A stretch of DNA of 64,000 nucleotides, taken from a virus. Below are positions 29,548 to 40,239 of the stretch, one piece after another. Under the pieces are notes generated by a model that was given only the letters and a program-made list of their open reading frames with translations, did no database searches and was not told the DNA's origin. Both the position numbers and the translations under genes were made by a program. The DNA lies in the IMG/VR virus record IMGVR_UViG_3300026382_000009, positions 45,195-109,194 of that record, one strand, 5' to 3'. Numbering within the stretch: the first letter of the stretch is position 1; every line of letters starts with the position of its first letter.

Positions 29548-32056
29548 TTAATTTTTCTATAACTTTTAAATAATCATCACTAATATAATAACTATTATAT
29601 TTGTATTTGTATCCAAGTTCTTTTAAAAAAGATTTTAATTCTTTATTCAATTCTTTAGGAACAAATCTTTGTTTTAGTTTTAAATTATCTTTGTAATACA
29701 GCATCTTTTTCATCAGTTTAATTTTTTCTAAACCTATTCCATTTTTTTCTAAAATACTAAGATAATTTACTAAATCTTCTTTTTTCATTAAAAATAATTT
29801 ATGATTTATCATTTTATTAAAATCTTTTTTATTTTTTAAAATTATTTTTAAAAGTTGAATTTTTTCATCTTCAGAACTAAAGGTCAAAAACTTTTCATAG
29901 TATTTTATCTTTTGTTCTTCATTGTATGTTAAATCATTATTTTTTAATCTATTAATTAAAAGTTCTATTTTTTGTTGTTCTTTTTCTTTAATTTGTCGTT
30001 TGATTTCTTTTAAATTTAATGTCGTTTTTTCTTCAACAATTTTTATAGATTGTGTATTAAATTGATGCTCAAGCAATTTCAAAAAACTTTTTTTATGATT
30101 AACTTCTAATAAATTCAAAAAAGTTTCAATTTCAAACATAAATTCACCAAAATTATTTATAATTTTGTTGCCAAATTCATCAAAAGAAAAATATATTGAT
30201 TCATCTAAAAAATATAAATATTCATTTTTTAAAATTTCTTTATCTATAATTTTAAATTTTTTTATATCTTTTACAAAAAAAATTATTTTTTCAGCGAATC
30301 TATTTCTTTTTAATTGCTGTAATGAAGAAATTACATCTATTGTTTGACTTTCATCTATATGATAATGTATTTTGACATTTGGACAATTTATTGAAATTCC
30401 AACAGTAATAGTTGGTGTATAAACCAATGCATCCCATGTAGCTTCTTGTGAAAACGTTTCAAATATTTTATTTTTTTCTTCTTCAGACGTGTCCCCATTT
30501 AAAAATACAACTTTTTTTCCTTTTTGTTTCAAAAGTTCACTTATCAAATATCCTGTATTTTTGTTTGATACAGAAATAGTAATTTTTTCTTTTTCATTCA
30601 AAATTTTTGAGATAATAGTATTTTTATCAGTAAATTGAATTAATTCAATATTATCTTTATATTCATTAAAAATATATTTCTTTTTTCTATTTTTGAAAAA
30701 ATCAGGTTCAATTTCTAAAAACGCATCAAGTAAAATGAGTTTAAATTTTTTATTTGTTAATATTTTATATAATTTCATTTTATTTAAAACTGATTTATCA
30801 GTTAAATTAGATAATAAATGAATAAGCAATGAAATATATTCATCAATTATTACAACATCAAAATTTTTGATATCATATTTCCATAAGCTGTCAAACTGCG
30901 TTACAAGATGTCCATTATTCTGATAATCATCGTAATAAATATTAATGTTATACTTTTTTGAAATATCTTCAGCTAAACTTCTTCTATTTGTTATGAATAA
31001 ACATCTTTTATTATTTTTTGTAAAATAATTAAGATATTTAGCAATCAAATTTGATTTTCCTGTTCCCATTGGTGATTTTATTTTTAAAACATCGAAATCT
31101 TCTATGATTTCTAAAGATACATATCTTTCATTTATAAAAATTGTATTTTTTTGCTTTAATTTCAATTTTATGGCATTTATTGATAATTTTTCTAGTTTTT
31201 TATCTAATTTTTCTTCATTTTTTCTATTTATAAATTCTTTTACAGATTTCAATTTAGAAATATCTTTATAAAAGTTTATTGATTTAGATGGATCAAAGTG
31301 ATGTAAAATAAAAGGATTATTTTTAAAAAGAAAATATCCTTTAGGTGTTTTTTCATTAGGATGTCTAAAAACTAACAAATCTCCTTTATCTTGAACAACA
31401 GAAAATCCAAGACCATTAAGATATTTTATACTCTCAAATAAAATATCTTCATATCCTTCATTTTTAATTATTTTCTTTTTAATTTTTGGGAGTTTTTTTA
31501 TTTCACCTTTGTGAAATATTACAAAATCATTATTGAGAGTTGGTGCTTGAAATGTTGCTTCTCTAATTACAGATAAATCTGTTTTTCCTAATCCTTTGAT
31601 TAAAAAATTTATATTTAAAAGAAATTGTTTCAAAGACTCTTCATTATTTGAACCTTCTACTAAAATTGCACCTTTTAAATTGTATTTTCCTTTTCCATAA
31701 CTTCTACTAGGTAAAACGAAAAAATAATAATTTTCTTTTTTAAGAATTTCAACAATTTTTTCTGAATCTTCTTTTGAAAAAACATCATCAATATCTAAAA
31801 CAATATATTGAACTTGTTTACAAAGATAATCTTTTAATTCTCTTTTTAATCTTTTTTTGATGACAGGTTCTTTGATATTATAACAACGATTTAAATGAAA
31901 ATGATTTATGAAATAATAAGGAAGATTTTCAAATGAAGTTTTAATTGTCCTAAATTCGAAAGTATTGTCACCATATGGAGAAATAGGAAATTTAGAAGTG
32001 CTTTTTGAATTAAAAATTGTAATTTTTATATTATTAATATTTTTATCCATTTTCAC
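29540..32056 (-). CDS. SF2 helicase of origin-binding (UL9-like) type with N-terminal primase-like region
   Basis: KSPMGTGKS, TNRRSLA, IIDEY, YTPTITVGIS, QQLKRNR; N-terminal VLDIDD. Confidence 0.7.
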   Translation of the reverse strand: MKMDKNINNIKITIFNSKSTSKFPISPYGDNTFEFRTIKTSFENLPYYFINHFHLNRCYNIKEPVIKKRLKRELKDYLCKQVQYIVLDIDDVFSKEDSEKIVEILKKENYYFFVLPSRSYGKGKYNLKGAILVEGSNNEESLKQFLLNINFLIKGLGKTDLSVIREATFQAPTLNNDFVIFHKGEIKKLPKIKKKIIKNEGYEDILFESIKYLNGLGFSVVQDKGDLLVFRHPNEKTPKGYFLFKNNPFILHHFDPSKSINFYKDISKLKSVKEFINRKNEEKLDKKLEKLSINAIKLKLKQKNTIFINERYVSLEIIEDFDVLKIKSPMGTGKSNLIAKYLNYFTKNNKRCLFITNRRSLAEDISKKYNINIYYDDYQNNGHLVTQFDSLWKYDIKNFDVVIIDEYISLLIHLLSNLTDKSVLNKMKLYKILTNKKFKLILLDAFLEIEPDFFKNRKKKYIFNEYKDNIELIQFTDKNTIISKILNEKEKITISVSNKNTGYLISELLKQKGKKVVFLNGDTSEEEKNKIFETFSQEATWDALVYTPTITVGISINCPNVKIHYHIDESQTIDVISSLQQLKRNRFAEKIIFFVKDIKKFKIIDKEILKNEYLYFLDESIYFSFDEFGNKIINNFGEFMFEIETFLNLLEVNHKKSFLKLLEHQFNTQSIKIVEEKTTLNLKEIKRQIKEKEQQKIELLINRLKNNDLTYNEEQKIKYYEKFLTFSSEDEKIQLLKIILKNKKDFNKMINHKLFLMKKEDLVNYLSILEKNGIGLEKIKLMKKMLYYKDNLKLKQRFVPKELNKELKSFLKELGYKYKYNSYYISDDYLKVIEKLIV

Positions 32057-32141
32057 ACCTTAAATTCTTTTTTATTTTCATCTACCGTGTGCTCTGTTTA
32101 ATTTTCTCTTTTTTGAAATATAAAATATTATCAAAAATTAA

Positions 32142-32172
32142 AAGACCTCTTACAGGTGTTCTGAGAGGTCTT
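32142..32172. terminator. Stem-loop in intergenic region (possible terminator or degenerate relative of the dispersed element)
   Basis: aagacctct-tacaggtgttctg-agaggtctt. Confidence 0.45.
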
Positions 32173-32223
32173 GTAATGTTACATATAATTTTAATAAATT
32201 TTTATTAAATTGAAATTAATTTT

Positions 32224-33000
32224 TTAGATTTTGGTTTTAAATTGTTCAAAATCCTCTTCTCCATCACAATAACCAAATTTTTTAAATGGACACCAATCAC
32301 AAAGAGGCGATATATTTTTATCAAATTTAGATTCATTTTCTACAGGTTTTATATATTCTACCATTTTTTTAATTAATTCATTTAATTGCTCTCTATAATA
32401 TGTTCTTAAAACATATTTATTGTGTTCTACAAAATAAAAATAAGCTTCAATTTTTTTGACATTAGGAAATTTTAAAAAAATCCAAATGCTATAAATTATT
32501 AACTGCATTTCATTTTGATCTTCTTTAAATTTACCAGTTTTCCAATCAACAATAATAGCAATATCGTCTTTAATGGCTAAAAAATCTATAAAGCCTCTTA
32601 TTAAAATATTTTCTTTTTCATTTTTATTACTTTTACTTTCATATTCATCAGGTATAATTTTATCTTTTCCTTTTTTAGATAAATCAAGTTTTAATGAAAA
32701 ACCTTTTTCTATGTATTTTTCTTTCAATGATTTAAAAAAAGAATAATGTGGTGATATTACAAAATTATTAAAAATTTGATCATATTTTTGAATATCTTCT
32801 TTTTTAGATAATTCAAAAGAAAAATCTTTGTTTTTGTTTGTTAAATCACATTCTATTAAATGATGTAAATATTTACCTTTTTCTAAAGCAATATTAGTTT
32901 CAAATGGAATTTTTATTTTATCGATATATTGCAATTTGAATTTTCTTGGACAATGATAAAAAGCTCCAAGCTTAGAAAAACTATAAGGTGCGTATTTCAT
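32224..33000 (-). CDS. Cas4/RecB-like PD-(D/E)XK exonuclease with 4-Cys cluster
   Basis: SFSKL...CPRKF, GKYLH, RGFIDFL, IVDWKTGK, QLIIY, CDWCPF...C. Confidence 0.88.
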   Translation of the reverse strand: MKYAPYSFSKLGAFYHCPRKFKLQYIDKIKIPFETNIALEKGKYLHHLIECDLTNKNKDFSFELSKKEDIQKYDQIFNNFVISPHYSFFKSLKEKYIEKGFSLKLDLSKKGKDKIIPDEYESKSNKNEKENILIRGFIDFLAIKDDIAIIVDWKTGKFKEDQNEMQLIIYSIWIFLKFPNVKKIEAYFYFVEHNKYVLRTYYREQLNELIKKMVEYIKPVENESKFDKNISPLCDWCPFKKFGYCDGEEDFEQFKTKI

Positions 33001-33017
33001 TTTTTATCCTAAAAAAA

Positions 33018-33305
33018 TTAAATCAATGATGCTATTGAATTCAATAAATCTTCATCTCTCTTTATAATATCTTCAATAGCATCAACCAAATCTTTTTCTT
33101 GTGAATATTGTTCTTTTAATTCTTTTTTAATTTCTTTAATAGCTTTATCTATTTCTTTGATAAGAATTCCATTTTCTTTTGCTTCTTGTTTAATTGCTTT
33201 CATATCTTCTTTAATACCTTTTATTTCCATTTCTAATGCAATTAGTTGTTTTACATATTTTTTAATTTGTTCTTCTTGATTTTGAATTTCAGTAATCATA
33301 CACAT
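33018..33305 (-). CDS. dsDNA-binding protein (T4 DsbA/GapR-like)
   Basis: IKKYVKQLIALEMEIKGIKEDMKAIKQEAKENG pattern; next to rnh/gp32. Confidence 0.65.
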   Translation of the reverse strand: MCMITEIQNQEEQIKKYVKQLIALEMEIKGIKEDMKAIKQEAKENGILIKEIDKAIKEIKKELKEQYSQEKDLVDAIEDIIKRDEDLLNSIASLI

Positions 33306-33306
33306 T

Positions 33307-33756
33307 TTACACTCCTAATTTGTTTTTAATTTCTTGATAAACATTTAACATATCATCTTTTTCTTTGAATTTCCAATAAACAAATTTAGAAATTTTTATC
33401 ATATCACCACTTTTATAATCTTTTACATCAATACCAAAATCAAGATTAAAAATTATCTTGTTTATTTCATTTATTTCATAAGAAATAGTGTTAATATGAT
33501 TTTTATTAACAATTTCATCTTGAATTGAACATATTAGAAAATTCTCTTTTACGTAATCTAAGTTTAAAAGTTTATTTTTTAATTTATCAAAATCATAATC
33601 ATTATTAAATTCTTGTATATAAAAATCAGCTGTATCTTTTCCTAAAATATTTATAGCATTTGAAAAATTAAAAATAATTTGTTTTTTTCTTTTATTAAAA
33701 ATTATTGTTGCAACTTTTTTTAAATTAACAATTTTTTTACTCAGTTCTATGAACAT
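33307..33756 (-). CDS. Hypothetical protein with two-fold internal repeat
   Basis: IVN...TI...IIFN...KNKL occurs twice. Confidence 0.6.
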   Translation of the reverse strand: MFIELSKKIVNLKKVATIIFNKRKKQIIFNFSNAINILGKDTADFYIQEFNNDYDFDKLKNKLLNLDYVKENFLICSIQDEIVNKNHINTISYEINEINKIIFNLDFGIDVKDYKSGDMIKISKFVYWKFKEKDDMLNVYQEIKNKLGV

Positions 33757-33782
33757 CGTTAACTCCTTTCCATTTTTGTAGT

Positions 33783-34811
33783 TTATAATAATTTTAATTT
33801 TAATTTTCCTTTAAAACCTTTATAAATATTATCTAAAATCAAATGTTTGATCATATCTTTATTCCATCCATTTTGAATAAGTTCATTAAAATCTTTTGCA
33901 GAAATTGGTTCACCTTTGTAAATTTTTGGCCAAATAAATACATAATAATCATCAATATATTTTAAACTTTGATTTCTTGATGCTTCATCGTAATTTTGAT
34001 TATCTAAACAAAATATTGGTTTTTCTAATTTGTCCAATAAATCTTGAGGAAAACTAATTCCTAAGTTTGCCACAATTCTATTAAGAGGTAAACCACTACT
34101 TAAAGCATCAAATACAGATTCAAAAATAAAAACAGCTTTATCCCAATCAACATTAAAAATGTTCCATACTTTTAATCCATGATTTGGTAAAAAAGTATAA
34201 AATTCTTTTTTATCTAATTTTCTTGATTGAAATCCATATAGTTTTCCATCTTTTTCAAGTGGTATAATTATACTATTTTTAATAAAAAGTGTTTTATCTT
34301 TTAATTTAACATTACTTTCACAATAATAAAATAAATCTGTATATTGACTAAGACCTCTTTTTGCAAGATAATCTTCTGCAGGTGTTCCTTTTATTTTAAC
34401 AAATTCTTTTGGAACATCAAAAAGAATAAATTCATTTTTGAATTTTTTGCCAGACTTTTCATTTAATTCTTTTATTTCATTTATTTGTTTTGATTTATTT
34501 TTAAGTTTTTCTAAATAAATTTTTCTTATTTCTGTTTTATATTGTTCATATAAATTCATATTTACAGTTTTAAGATATGTTTTTAAAGAGCCTGAAAAGC
34601 CACAATTAAAACATTTTACATTTGGTTTTTTTAAATAATGATCAAAATAAAAATGAAGACGTTGTTTTTTATTCCAAGATTTTCCTTCTCTACAAATAGG
34701 ACAACAAATAGCAATATCACATTCTTTTTCTTTTGGTGGTAAATCACTTATGTTTGTCAATTTAAAATAGTATTTTTCTCGCTCATCTAAATGACACATT
34801 TTTAACTCCAT
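33783..34811 (-). CDS. DNA primase (gp61-like)
   Basis: CCPICREG..., KCFNCG Zn finger, YLAKRG, GFQSR, FESVFDALS, CLDN, KDFNE. Confidence 0.92.
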   Translation of the reverse strand: MELKMCHLDEREKYYFKLTNISDLPPKEKECDIAICCPICREGKSWNKKQRLHFYFDHYLKKPNVKCFNCGFSGSLKTYLKTVNMNLYEQYKTEIRKIYLEKLKNKSKQINEIKELNEKSGKKFKNEFILFDVPKEFVKIKGTPAEDYLAKRGLSQYTDLFYYCESNVKLKDKTLFIKNSIIIPLEKDGKLYGFQSRKLDKKEFYTFLPNHGLKVWNIFNVDWDKAVFIFESVFDALSSGLPLNRIVANLGISFPQDLLDKLEKPIFCLDNQNYDEASRNQSLKYIDDYYVFIWPKIYKGEPISAKDFNELIQNGWNKDMIKHLILDNIYKGFKGKLKLKLL

Positions 34812-35866
34812 TCATTAATATTAGATGTTTTATGATTATTTTGATGTAACTTTTCTTGAACTTTAGCTTGCATTGTAAAATCATTCATATTCATAAATTG
34901 TTCATTGAGATTAAATTTTAACAAAAACTTCTGAATGCATTGACCATTATAATTAACCTCTTTTTCTAAATATGTTTTCCAAATTTTATCTTCAATTTCT
35001 TTTGGAATAAAATCAAAATCAATTAATGTTTTATTTCTTTCATAATTATATCTAAATTTTTTATTTTGTAAAGCTTCTTCTAACTGATCATTGTTCAAAA
35101 ATTTTAATGCTGTTTTTTCACCAAATCGAGCTTTTTTATAAACATCTTTTTCAGGATATTTTTCTTGAAATTTTTGTTTTAATTTTTCAAATAAATCTTT
35201 ATAATCATATTCTAATTTTTCAACATCATATATATAAACATTACTGTCTTTTAAAAATTTAATAAAATCTTGTGAATATTCTAATCCTTCTTTTACTGAT
35301 GGAATATTGTCAGATTTATCTCCAATCAACACATGAATATCTTTAAATAGTTTAACGTTTTCAATTGAATCATCTATATCTTTTTGTTTAATTGGATCAT
35401 ATATTTTTGCATTGTATAAAAGACATTGTTTCATATCTTTGTCTGATGTAACTATAATTACATTATTTATTTTTTTAGCTAATACAGCAATAATATCATC
35501 AGCTTCTGCTTCATCTATTTTTAAAACTTTATAAGGAAAACATTTATCTAAAATATTTATAAAAGCTTCTAATTTAGAAAAATATTCATTGAAATCAATT
35601 TCACTTTCATCTCTATTTTTCTTTCTATTACTTTTGTAATCAGGACAAATCTTTTTTCTCCAATTGTTTTTTCCATCAATTGCAAGAATAATTTCATTGT
35701 TAGGAAATTTTTTTGAAATATGTCTCAAAGAATTTAACATAAGATGATAAAACATCGGCATAAATTCATCAGTGACAAATTTTCCACTAACTTTTTTTGG
35801 TTTTACAAGAGAAATAGCCGTATAAAGATTACGATGAGAAAGATGACTAAAATCTACTATTATCAT
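34802..35866 (-). CDS. rnh: RNase H / 5'-3' exonuclease (T4 rnh-like)
   Basis: IIVDFS, AIDGKNNWRK..YKSNR, EADDIIA, TSDKDMKQ, GDKSDNIP. Confidence 0.92.
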   Translation of the reverse strand: MIIVDFSHLSHRNLYTAISLVKPKKVSGKFVTDEFMPMFYHLMLNSLRHISKKFPNNEIILAIDGKNNWRKKICPDYKSNRKKNRDESEIDFNEYFSKLEAFINILDKCFPYKVLKIDEAEADDIIAVLAKKINNVIIVTSDKDMKQCLLYNAKIYDPIKQKDIDDSIENVKLFKDIHVLIGDKSDNIPSVKEGLEYSQDFIKFLKDSNVYIYDVEKLEYDYKDLFEKLKQKFQEKYPEKDVYKKARFGEKTALKFLNNDQLEEALQNKKFRYNYERNKTLIDFDFIPKEIEDKIWKTYLEKEVNYNGQCIQKFLLKFNLNEQFMNMNDFTMQAKVQEKLHQNNHKTSNINEWS

Positions 35867-35892
35867 TTTTACTCCTTATTTAAAAGAAAAAA

Positions 35893-36930
35893 TCACAGAT
35901 CAGCTAAAAGATCTTCCAACTCTTGATCTGTAATATTTGGAGATACTGTTGTTTTAGGTTTTTCTTGAATTGTCTCAGATTTTGGTTCTTCTTTTATTTC
36001 TGATGTTATATTATATTTTGTTTCAGGTTTTATTTCAGGTTTCGTTTCAGATGTTAAATCAGATGATATTTCAGGTTTCACAATAGATTTTTTAAATAAT
36101 TTTCTATTTGGATTGCTAATATCATCATATGGTTCAGTAATAATTTCAGATCCATTTCTTAATAAAAATTCTTCAAGTTCTGTTCCAGCAATAGCTTTTT
36201 TAAATTTTGCTAAAAGTTTTTCATAAGGTTCAAATGTATCTTCACCAAGTATAATTTCATTTAAATCATAACAATTTTCTTCTATAAATCTTCGTGCTTC
36301 TTCAGGATCTGTAAATAAAGCACTTGGTTTATCAAATGTCGTGTTATCATAATTTGGAAAATCTTTTTTAGACTTTTTAATTCTTACAAGAATCATATTA
36401 GCACCATCAATTGGATCAAAAACATTTATAGGTTGTATTCCTGCATTTCTTAAATCTTCTGGTGGATTTATTGCTGCTTTAATTTTATCAAGAAGCTTTA
36501 CACCATATGTCCAATAAAATACTTTTCCATTGTTGTCAGGATTTCCATTATCTTTTACTACATAAATATTACTTGCAAATTTTGTTTTTCTACTAATTTG
36601 CTTAGCAAATTCTTTAGCTTCTTCAGTTCCAATAGCTTGAAGTTCATAATAAATATCAGATACTGGACAAGGTTTTCCAATAGTTTGTGGTGATTTTGCT
36701 CTATAATATTTTATATTTCCTGTTTTATCTTGAAATCTTATATAATGTTCATAATATTTCACAATAGGAACTTCATTAATATTTTTTTGAGGTAAAAGTC
36801 TTATAACAGCACTTCCATTTCCTTTTTCATCCGTTGTTAAATCCCACTGTCTTTCATCACCAAATTTCTTTTTCGGTTCAAATACTTGTTGTAATTGTTG
36901 TGTTAATGTTTCTGTATCAAATAATCCCAT
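35893..36930 (-). CDS. Single-stranded DNA-binding protein (gp32-like)
   Basis: DERQW, GNGSAVIRLLP, NIYVVKD..NPDNNGKVF, PNYD, acidic C-terminus LEDLLADL. Confidence 0.93.
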   Translation of the reverse strand: MGLFDTETLTQQLQQVFEPKKKFGDERQWDLTTDEKGNGSAVIRLLPQKNINEVPIVKYYEHYIRFQDKTGNIKYYRAKSPQTIGKPCPVSDIYYELQAIGTEEAKEFAKQISRKTKFASNIYVVKDNGNPDNNGKVFYWTYGVKLLDKIKAAINPPEDLRNAGIQPINVFDPIDGANMILVRIKKSKKDFPNYDNTTFDKPSALFTDPEEARRFIEENCYDLNEIILGEDTFEPYEKLLAKFKKAIAGTELEEFLLRNGSEIITEPYDDISNPNRKLFKKSIVKPEISSDLTSETKPEIKPETKYNITSEIKEEPKSETIQEKPKTTVSPNITDQELEDLLADL

Positions 36931-37006
36931 GTTCGTCCTTTCGTATTATTTTTCGATTTTTTTTCGAATTTTTTCGTAGTTTAACGACATTCCGACAGGT
37001 CGAAGA
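36931..37006 (-). promoter_or_regulatory. Candidate gene-32-type translational operator
   Basis: CGACCTGTCGGAATGTCG followed by repeated CGA(A)n units up to the SD. Confidence 0.45.
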
Positions 37007-37696
37007 TTAAAATTCTTTTTTGATAGAAATTAATAATTCAAATGGTTCTTCAATATTTTTTAAATAAGCTATAGGGTTATTTGTCTTAGGATTTCTTTTA
37101 ATATGAAATTCATATTCACAGTCTGGAATTTTACTAATATTCATTATATCAAAAACAAATTTATTTTCTTCATTTGAAAGAATATCTTTTTCATAATAAT
37201 TAGGATTTTGAAAATTATTGTTAGCATCAATTGTTGTAATAATTAATTGATGAACAGAAGAATCAATAACTAAATCACTATGACCAAGAATGTTTGATAT
37301 TTTTTTAATATGTTTTAAATCTTCTCGCGTTAAATCAAATTTAACTGTTGATGTAACCGATTTAACTTTATCAAAAATGTCAGGTGCAACTGAAAATTTT
37401 TCAAGTAAATTAACACTTGTTGTTTCATATATTTGCTTTAATTTTCCATTATTTATAATAATTTTTTCACCATCTTTTTCTAAAAAGACATTTTCACCAA
37501 AATAGTCAACAAGATTCAAAAATTGAGCTAAATTATAAATACCAAATTTTTCAAATTTTTCTTCATCTAATTCATCTAAATTAATCAAAGCTATTATAGA
37601 ATAATCATTTGTCATTGTTGTTTTTGGATATTCTATAATAACAGAATTAGAAATTTGAATTAATTTTTTCAAAATAGGTATTGTATTTTCTAACAT
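37007..37696 (-). CDS. Sliding clamp (gp45-like)
   Basis: MLENTIPILKKLIQISNSVII, FGIYNLAQFLNLV; size matches gp45. Confidence 0.85.
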   Translation of the reverse strand: MLENTIPILKKLIQISNSVIIEYPKTTMTNDYSIIALINLDELDEEKFEKFGIYNLAQFLNLVDYFGENVFLEKDGEKIIINNGKLKQIYETTSVNLLEKFSVAPDIFDKVKSVTSTVKFDLTREDLKHIKKISNILGHSDLVIDSSVHQLIITTIDANNNFQNPNYYEKDILSNEENKFVFDIMNISKIPDCEYEFHIKRNPKTNNPIAYLKNIEEPFELLISIKKEF

Positions 37697-37705
37697 GGTT
37701 ATCCT

Positions 37706-37963
37706 TTAATTAATTGATTGAATTTCAGCTAATGTTTTTTCAAAAATATGTTCTACAATATTTTTTGCCATCTTTTTAGCTGTTTTCTTATTAGAACAAA
37801 CTCTTTTTAAAATATCGTCTGTAAATTTTTCTATATATTCTTTTTTTAAATCATTCAAATTATAATTTTTAAAAAGTCCAAATTTATCGTCACCTAAAAT
37901 AACAACTCTTGTATACAAATTAATATCTTCAACAAGTTTATGTTGTAAATCTAATGAAACCAT
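37706..37963 (-). CDS. Hypothetical protein (start likely ATG 37963)
   Basis: AAGGAG SD; promoter TTTACT-N16-TATAAT at 37989-38016. Confidence 0.55.
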   Translation of the reverse strand: MVSLDLQHKLVEDINLYTRVVILGDDKFGLFKNYNLNDLKKEYIEKFTDDILKRVCSNKKTAKKMAKNIVEHIFEKTLAEIQSIN

Positions 37964-38112
37964 CTTAGCTCCTTTTTTCTTTTTTATTATTATATCATAT
38001 TTTTTCAAAAAGTAAATAAAATTTAATCATATATTTTAATTCTGAAAAATTTATAACATTTTTTCATAAATATTTCATCAATAAAAATATCATCAATGTT
38101 TTGTCCAAATTT

Positions 38113-38307
38113 TTAAAAAATATCTTTTATAATTTCTTTTATTGCATTTTTATCATATTCATTCAAAGGAAATGCAATAAAAGTTATTTCACCTTTATCC
38201 AAACCCAACGTTAAATTTTTAATGTTATATACATCATTTAAAGTAATTTTTAAAACTTCTTTTAGTTTTTTCTCATTTATTCTTTTTAATAATTCTTCTT
38301 TTTTCAT
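38113..38307 (-). CDS. Hypothetical protein
   Basis: ORF track. Confidence 0.45.
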   Translation of the reverse strand: MKKEELLKRINEKKLKEVLKITLNDVYNIKNLTLGLDKGEITFIAFPLNEYDKNAIKEIIKDIF

Positions 38308-38308
38308 T

Positions 38309-38701
38309 TTAAATACCCTCTTTTTTCATAATAGTATTTGGATGCAAATCTTTATCGTTTACAATTACACTGGTTAAATGTTTATCATCAATTATTTTAT
38401 ACTCTAAATCAAAATCTTTTTTTAATAATTCAAACAATTCTTCTAATGAATTAAATTTTGTTATTTCAATATTATCATTTTCGTATACTTTTATATCTCC
38501 ATCTTCATATAATTTTTGAAACATATTTTCATAATTATCTAAATCTATCAATGAACGAATATAAAGCTTACCATTTTCAACAGTCATTATTCCTTTATAC
38601 TCAACTTCATTAAATAATGTAATTTTTACTTCATAAGTCATTGTTATATCCTTATTCATGTGGGAATGTAATTTTAAACTTTTTAGTCTTTTCTCATTCA
38701 T
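38309..38701 (-). CDS. Hypothetical protein
   Basis: ORF track. Confidence 0.5.
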   Translation of the reverse strand: MNEKRLKSLKLHSHMNKDITMTYEVKITLFNEVEYKGIMTVENGKLYIRSLIDLDNYENMFQKLYEDGDIKVYENDNIEITKFNSLEELFELLKKDFDLEYKIIDDKHLTSVIVNDKDLHPNTIMKKEGI

Positions 38702-38710
38702 TTTAACTTC

Positions 38711-38823
38711 TTAAATTTTTCCTGTTCCACCACAATATTGACAATTAATCCATTCTGTTTTTCCCAACAGTCATATGTTTCAATGTAACACACTCCATTA
38801 CAAACATTACATTTCATATTCAT
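38711..38823 (-). pseudogene. Frameshifted small DnaJ-type zinc-finger gene
   Basis: MKCNVCNG in one frame and WINCQYCGGTGKI* in another, joined at an A-run. Confidence 0.5.
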
Positions 38824-39248
38824 CCTTTATTTTGAAATAAAATTTACAAATTCTAACTTTAATCTCTTTATTTGAATTTACATTTTGTTTCATACATTAA
38901 AAATATTTTTTCTTCAGAAAAAGTTTATTTGATGGAATAAATTCTTTTTTCATAAATTTATAAATTCTTAAAACTCACACAAGATCTTTTATTCTTTGAT
39001 GAAAATTTTTCCTGTGAAACTAAACATTCTTTTTGAAACATTTTCAATATCACTCATATCAAATTTATTTTAAATTTTCATTTTTATTTTTTACTAGTTC
39101 TTTAATATTTTCTATAATTTCATCAATTTCATCATAATCTAAATCTATACCGTCTTCTTCTGCATATTCTGGAAGATATATATTCATATCGTCTAATATT
39201 TTAACAAAATCCAAAATCCACAAAGCTTTTTCTTTCATTATTACCCCT

Positions 39249-39434
39249 TTAAAAAGTTTTTTCTATTTTTTTAATTACTTCTTTTATTTTTTCATATTGT
39301 GTATATTCATCTATTTCTTCTTTGTCATTCAAAGTGAGTTCATAAAAAACATCAAACTTTTCAGATAGAACTTTTTTTCCTAATTCTTCTAATGAAAAAA
39401 TAATCAAATCTTTTTCAAATTGTGACAATTTCAT
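39249..39434 (-). CDS. Hypothetical protein
   Basis: ORF with SD. Confidence 0.45.
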   Translation of the reverse strand: MKLSQFEKDLIIFSLEELGKKVLSEKFDVFYELTLNDKEEIDEYTQYEKIKEVIKKIEKTF

Positions 39435-39453
39435 TTTAAATCCTTGAAGTTAC

Positions 39454-39717
39454 TTATAATCTTTTTAAAAATTGTTTATAAAATTCTTTCACAAATTTTA
39501 ATTCATCTTCAAGAGGCATAAATTTTGATTGTGTTTTTTCAAGATAATCAAGATATTTTTCAATGCCTTTTTGTATATGAATTTCTGTTATTTTTTCATT
39601 ATTTTCTTCAGCTATTTTTTTCACCATATCAATTATCATTTTAAGTGAATTTATTTTTATTTTATTTTTTTCTTTTTCAGCCTTTAAGAGTTCTTTTTTA
39701 AGATCTTGAAATGTCAT
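39454..39717 (-). CDS. YqeY/GatB-like small helical protein
   Basis: LKKELLKAEKEKNKIKINSLKMI resembles the YqeY N-terminus. Confidence 0.45.
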   Translation of the reverse strand: MTFQDLKKELLKAEKEKNKIKINSLKMIIDMVKKIAEENNEKITEIHIQKGIEKYLDYLEKTQSKFMPLEDELKFVKEFYKQFLKRL

Positions 39718-39747
39718 ATTATCTCCTTGATAATATTTGTAAATACA

Positions 39748-40182
39748 TTATGTTATAAAATCTTCATCTAATATAAATGTATGCAAACTTAAAAATTTAT
39801 TATCTTTTTTGTAAGAAATACATAAGACATTTTCTGCTTTACATATAAAAACTTTTTTAATGAATTCTTCTTGTTCACAAAAATAATCTTCCATAATTTC
39901 TGATTTTAACCATAAAGGAGTATCATTCTGTGATTTTAAATTCTCAATAGCACATTCTAAACAACAAAAATTATTTTTTAGATATATTTTTTCAATACTT
40001 TTTAAAACAAAATAATCAATATATTGCATAAGAACATTAACAAACAATCTTTTAAGTGTTTTTATTTCAACATTTTCAGGATTTTTAAAATTATTTACTC
40101 GTGTTTCCATTTCTTTTGCTGTTAAATATAAACATTTATCAAAATACTTGTTTTCAAAATATTTTTTTATTTTATTTTTCAT
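39748..40182 (-). CDS. Hypothetical protein
   Basis: ORF with AAGGAG SD. Confidence 0.55.
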   Translation of the reverse strand: MKNKIKKYFENKYFDKCLYLTAKEMETRVNNFKNPENVEIKTLKRLFVNVLMQYIDYFVLKSIEKIYLKNNFCCLECAIENLKSQNDTPLWLKSEIMEDYFCEQEEFIKKVFICKAENVLCISYKKDNKFLSLHTFILDEDFIT

Positions 40183-40239
40183 ATTTACTCCTTAATAATT
40201 TTAAAATGAAAAAATTAGTATTTTTATAATTCATAATTT

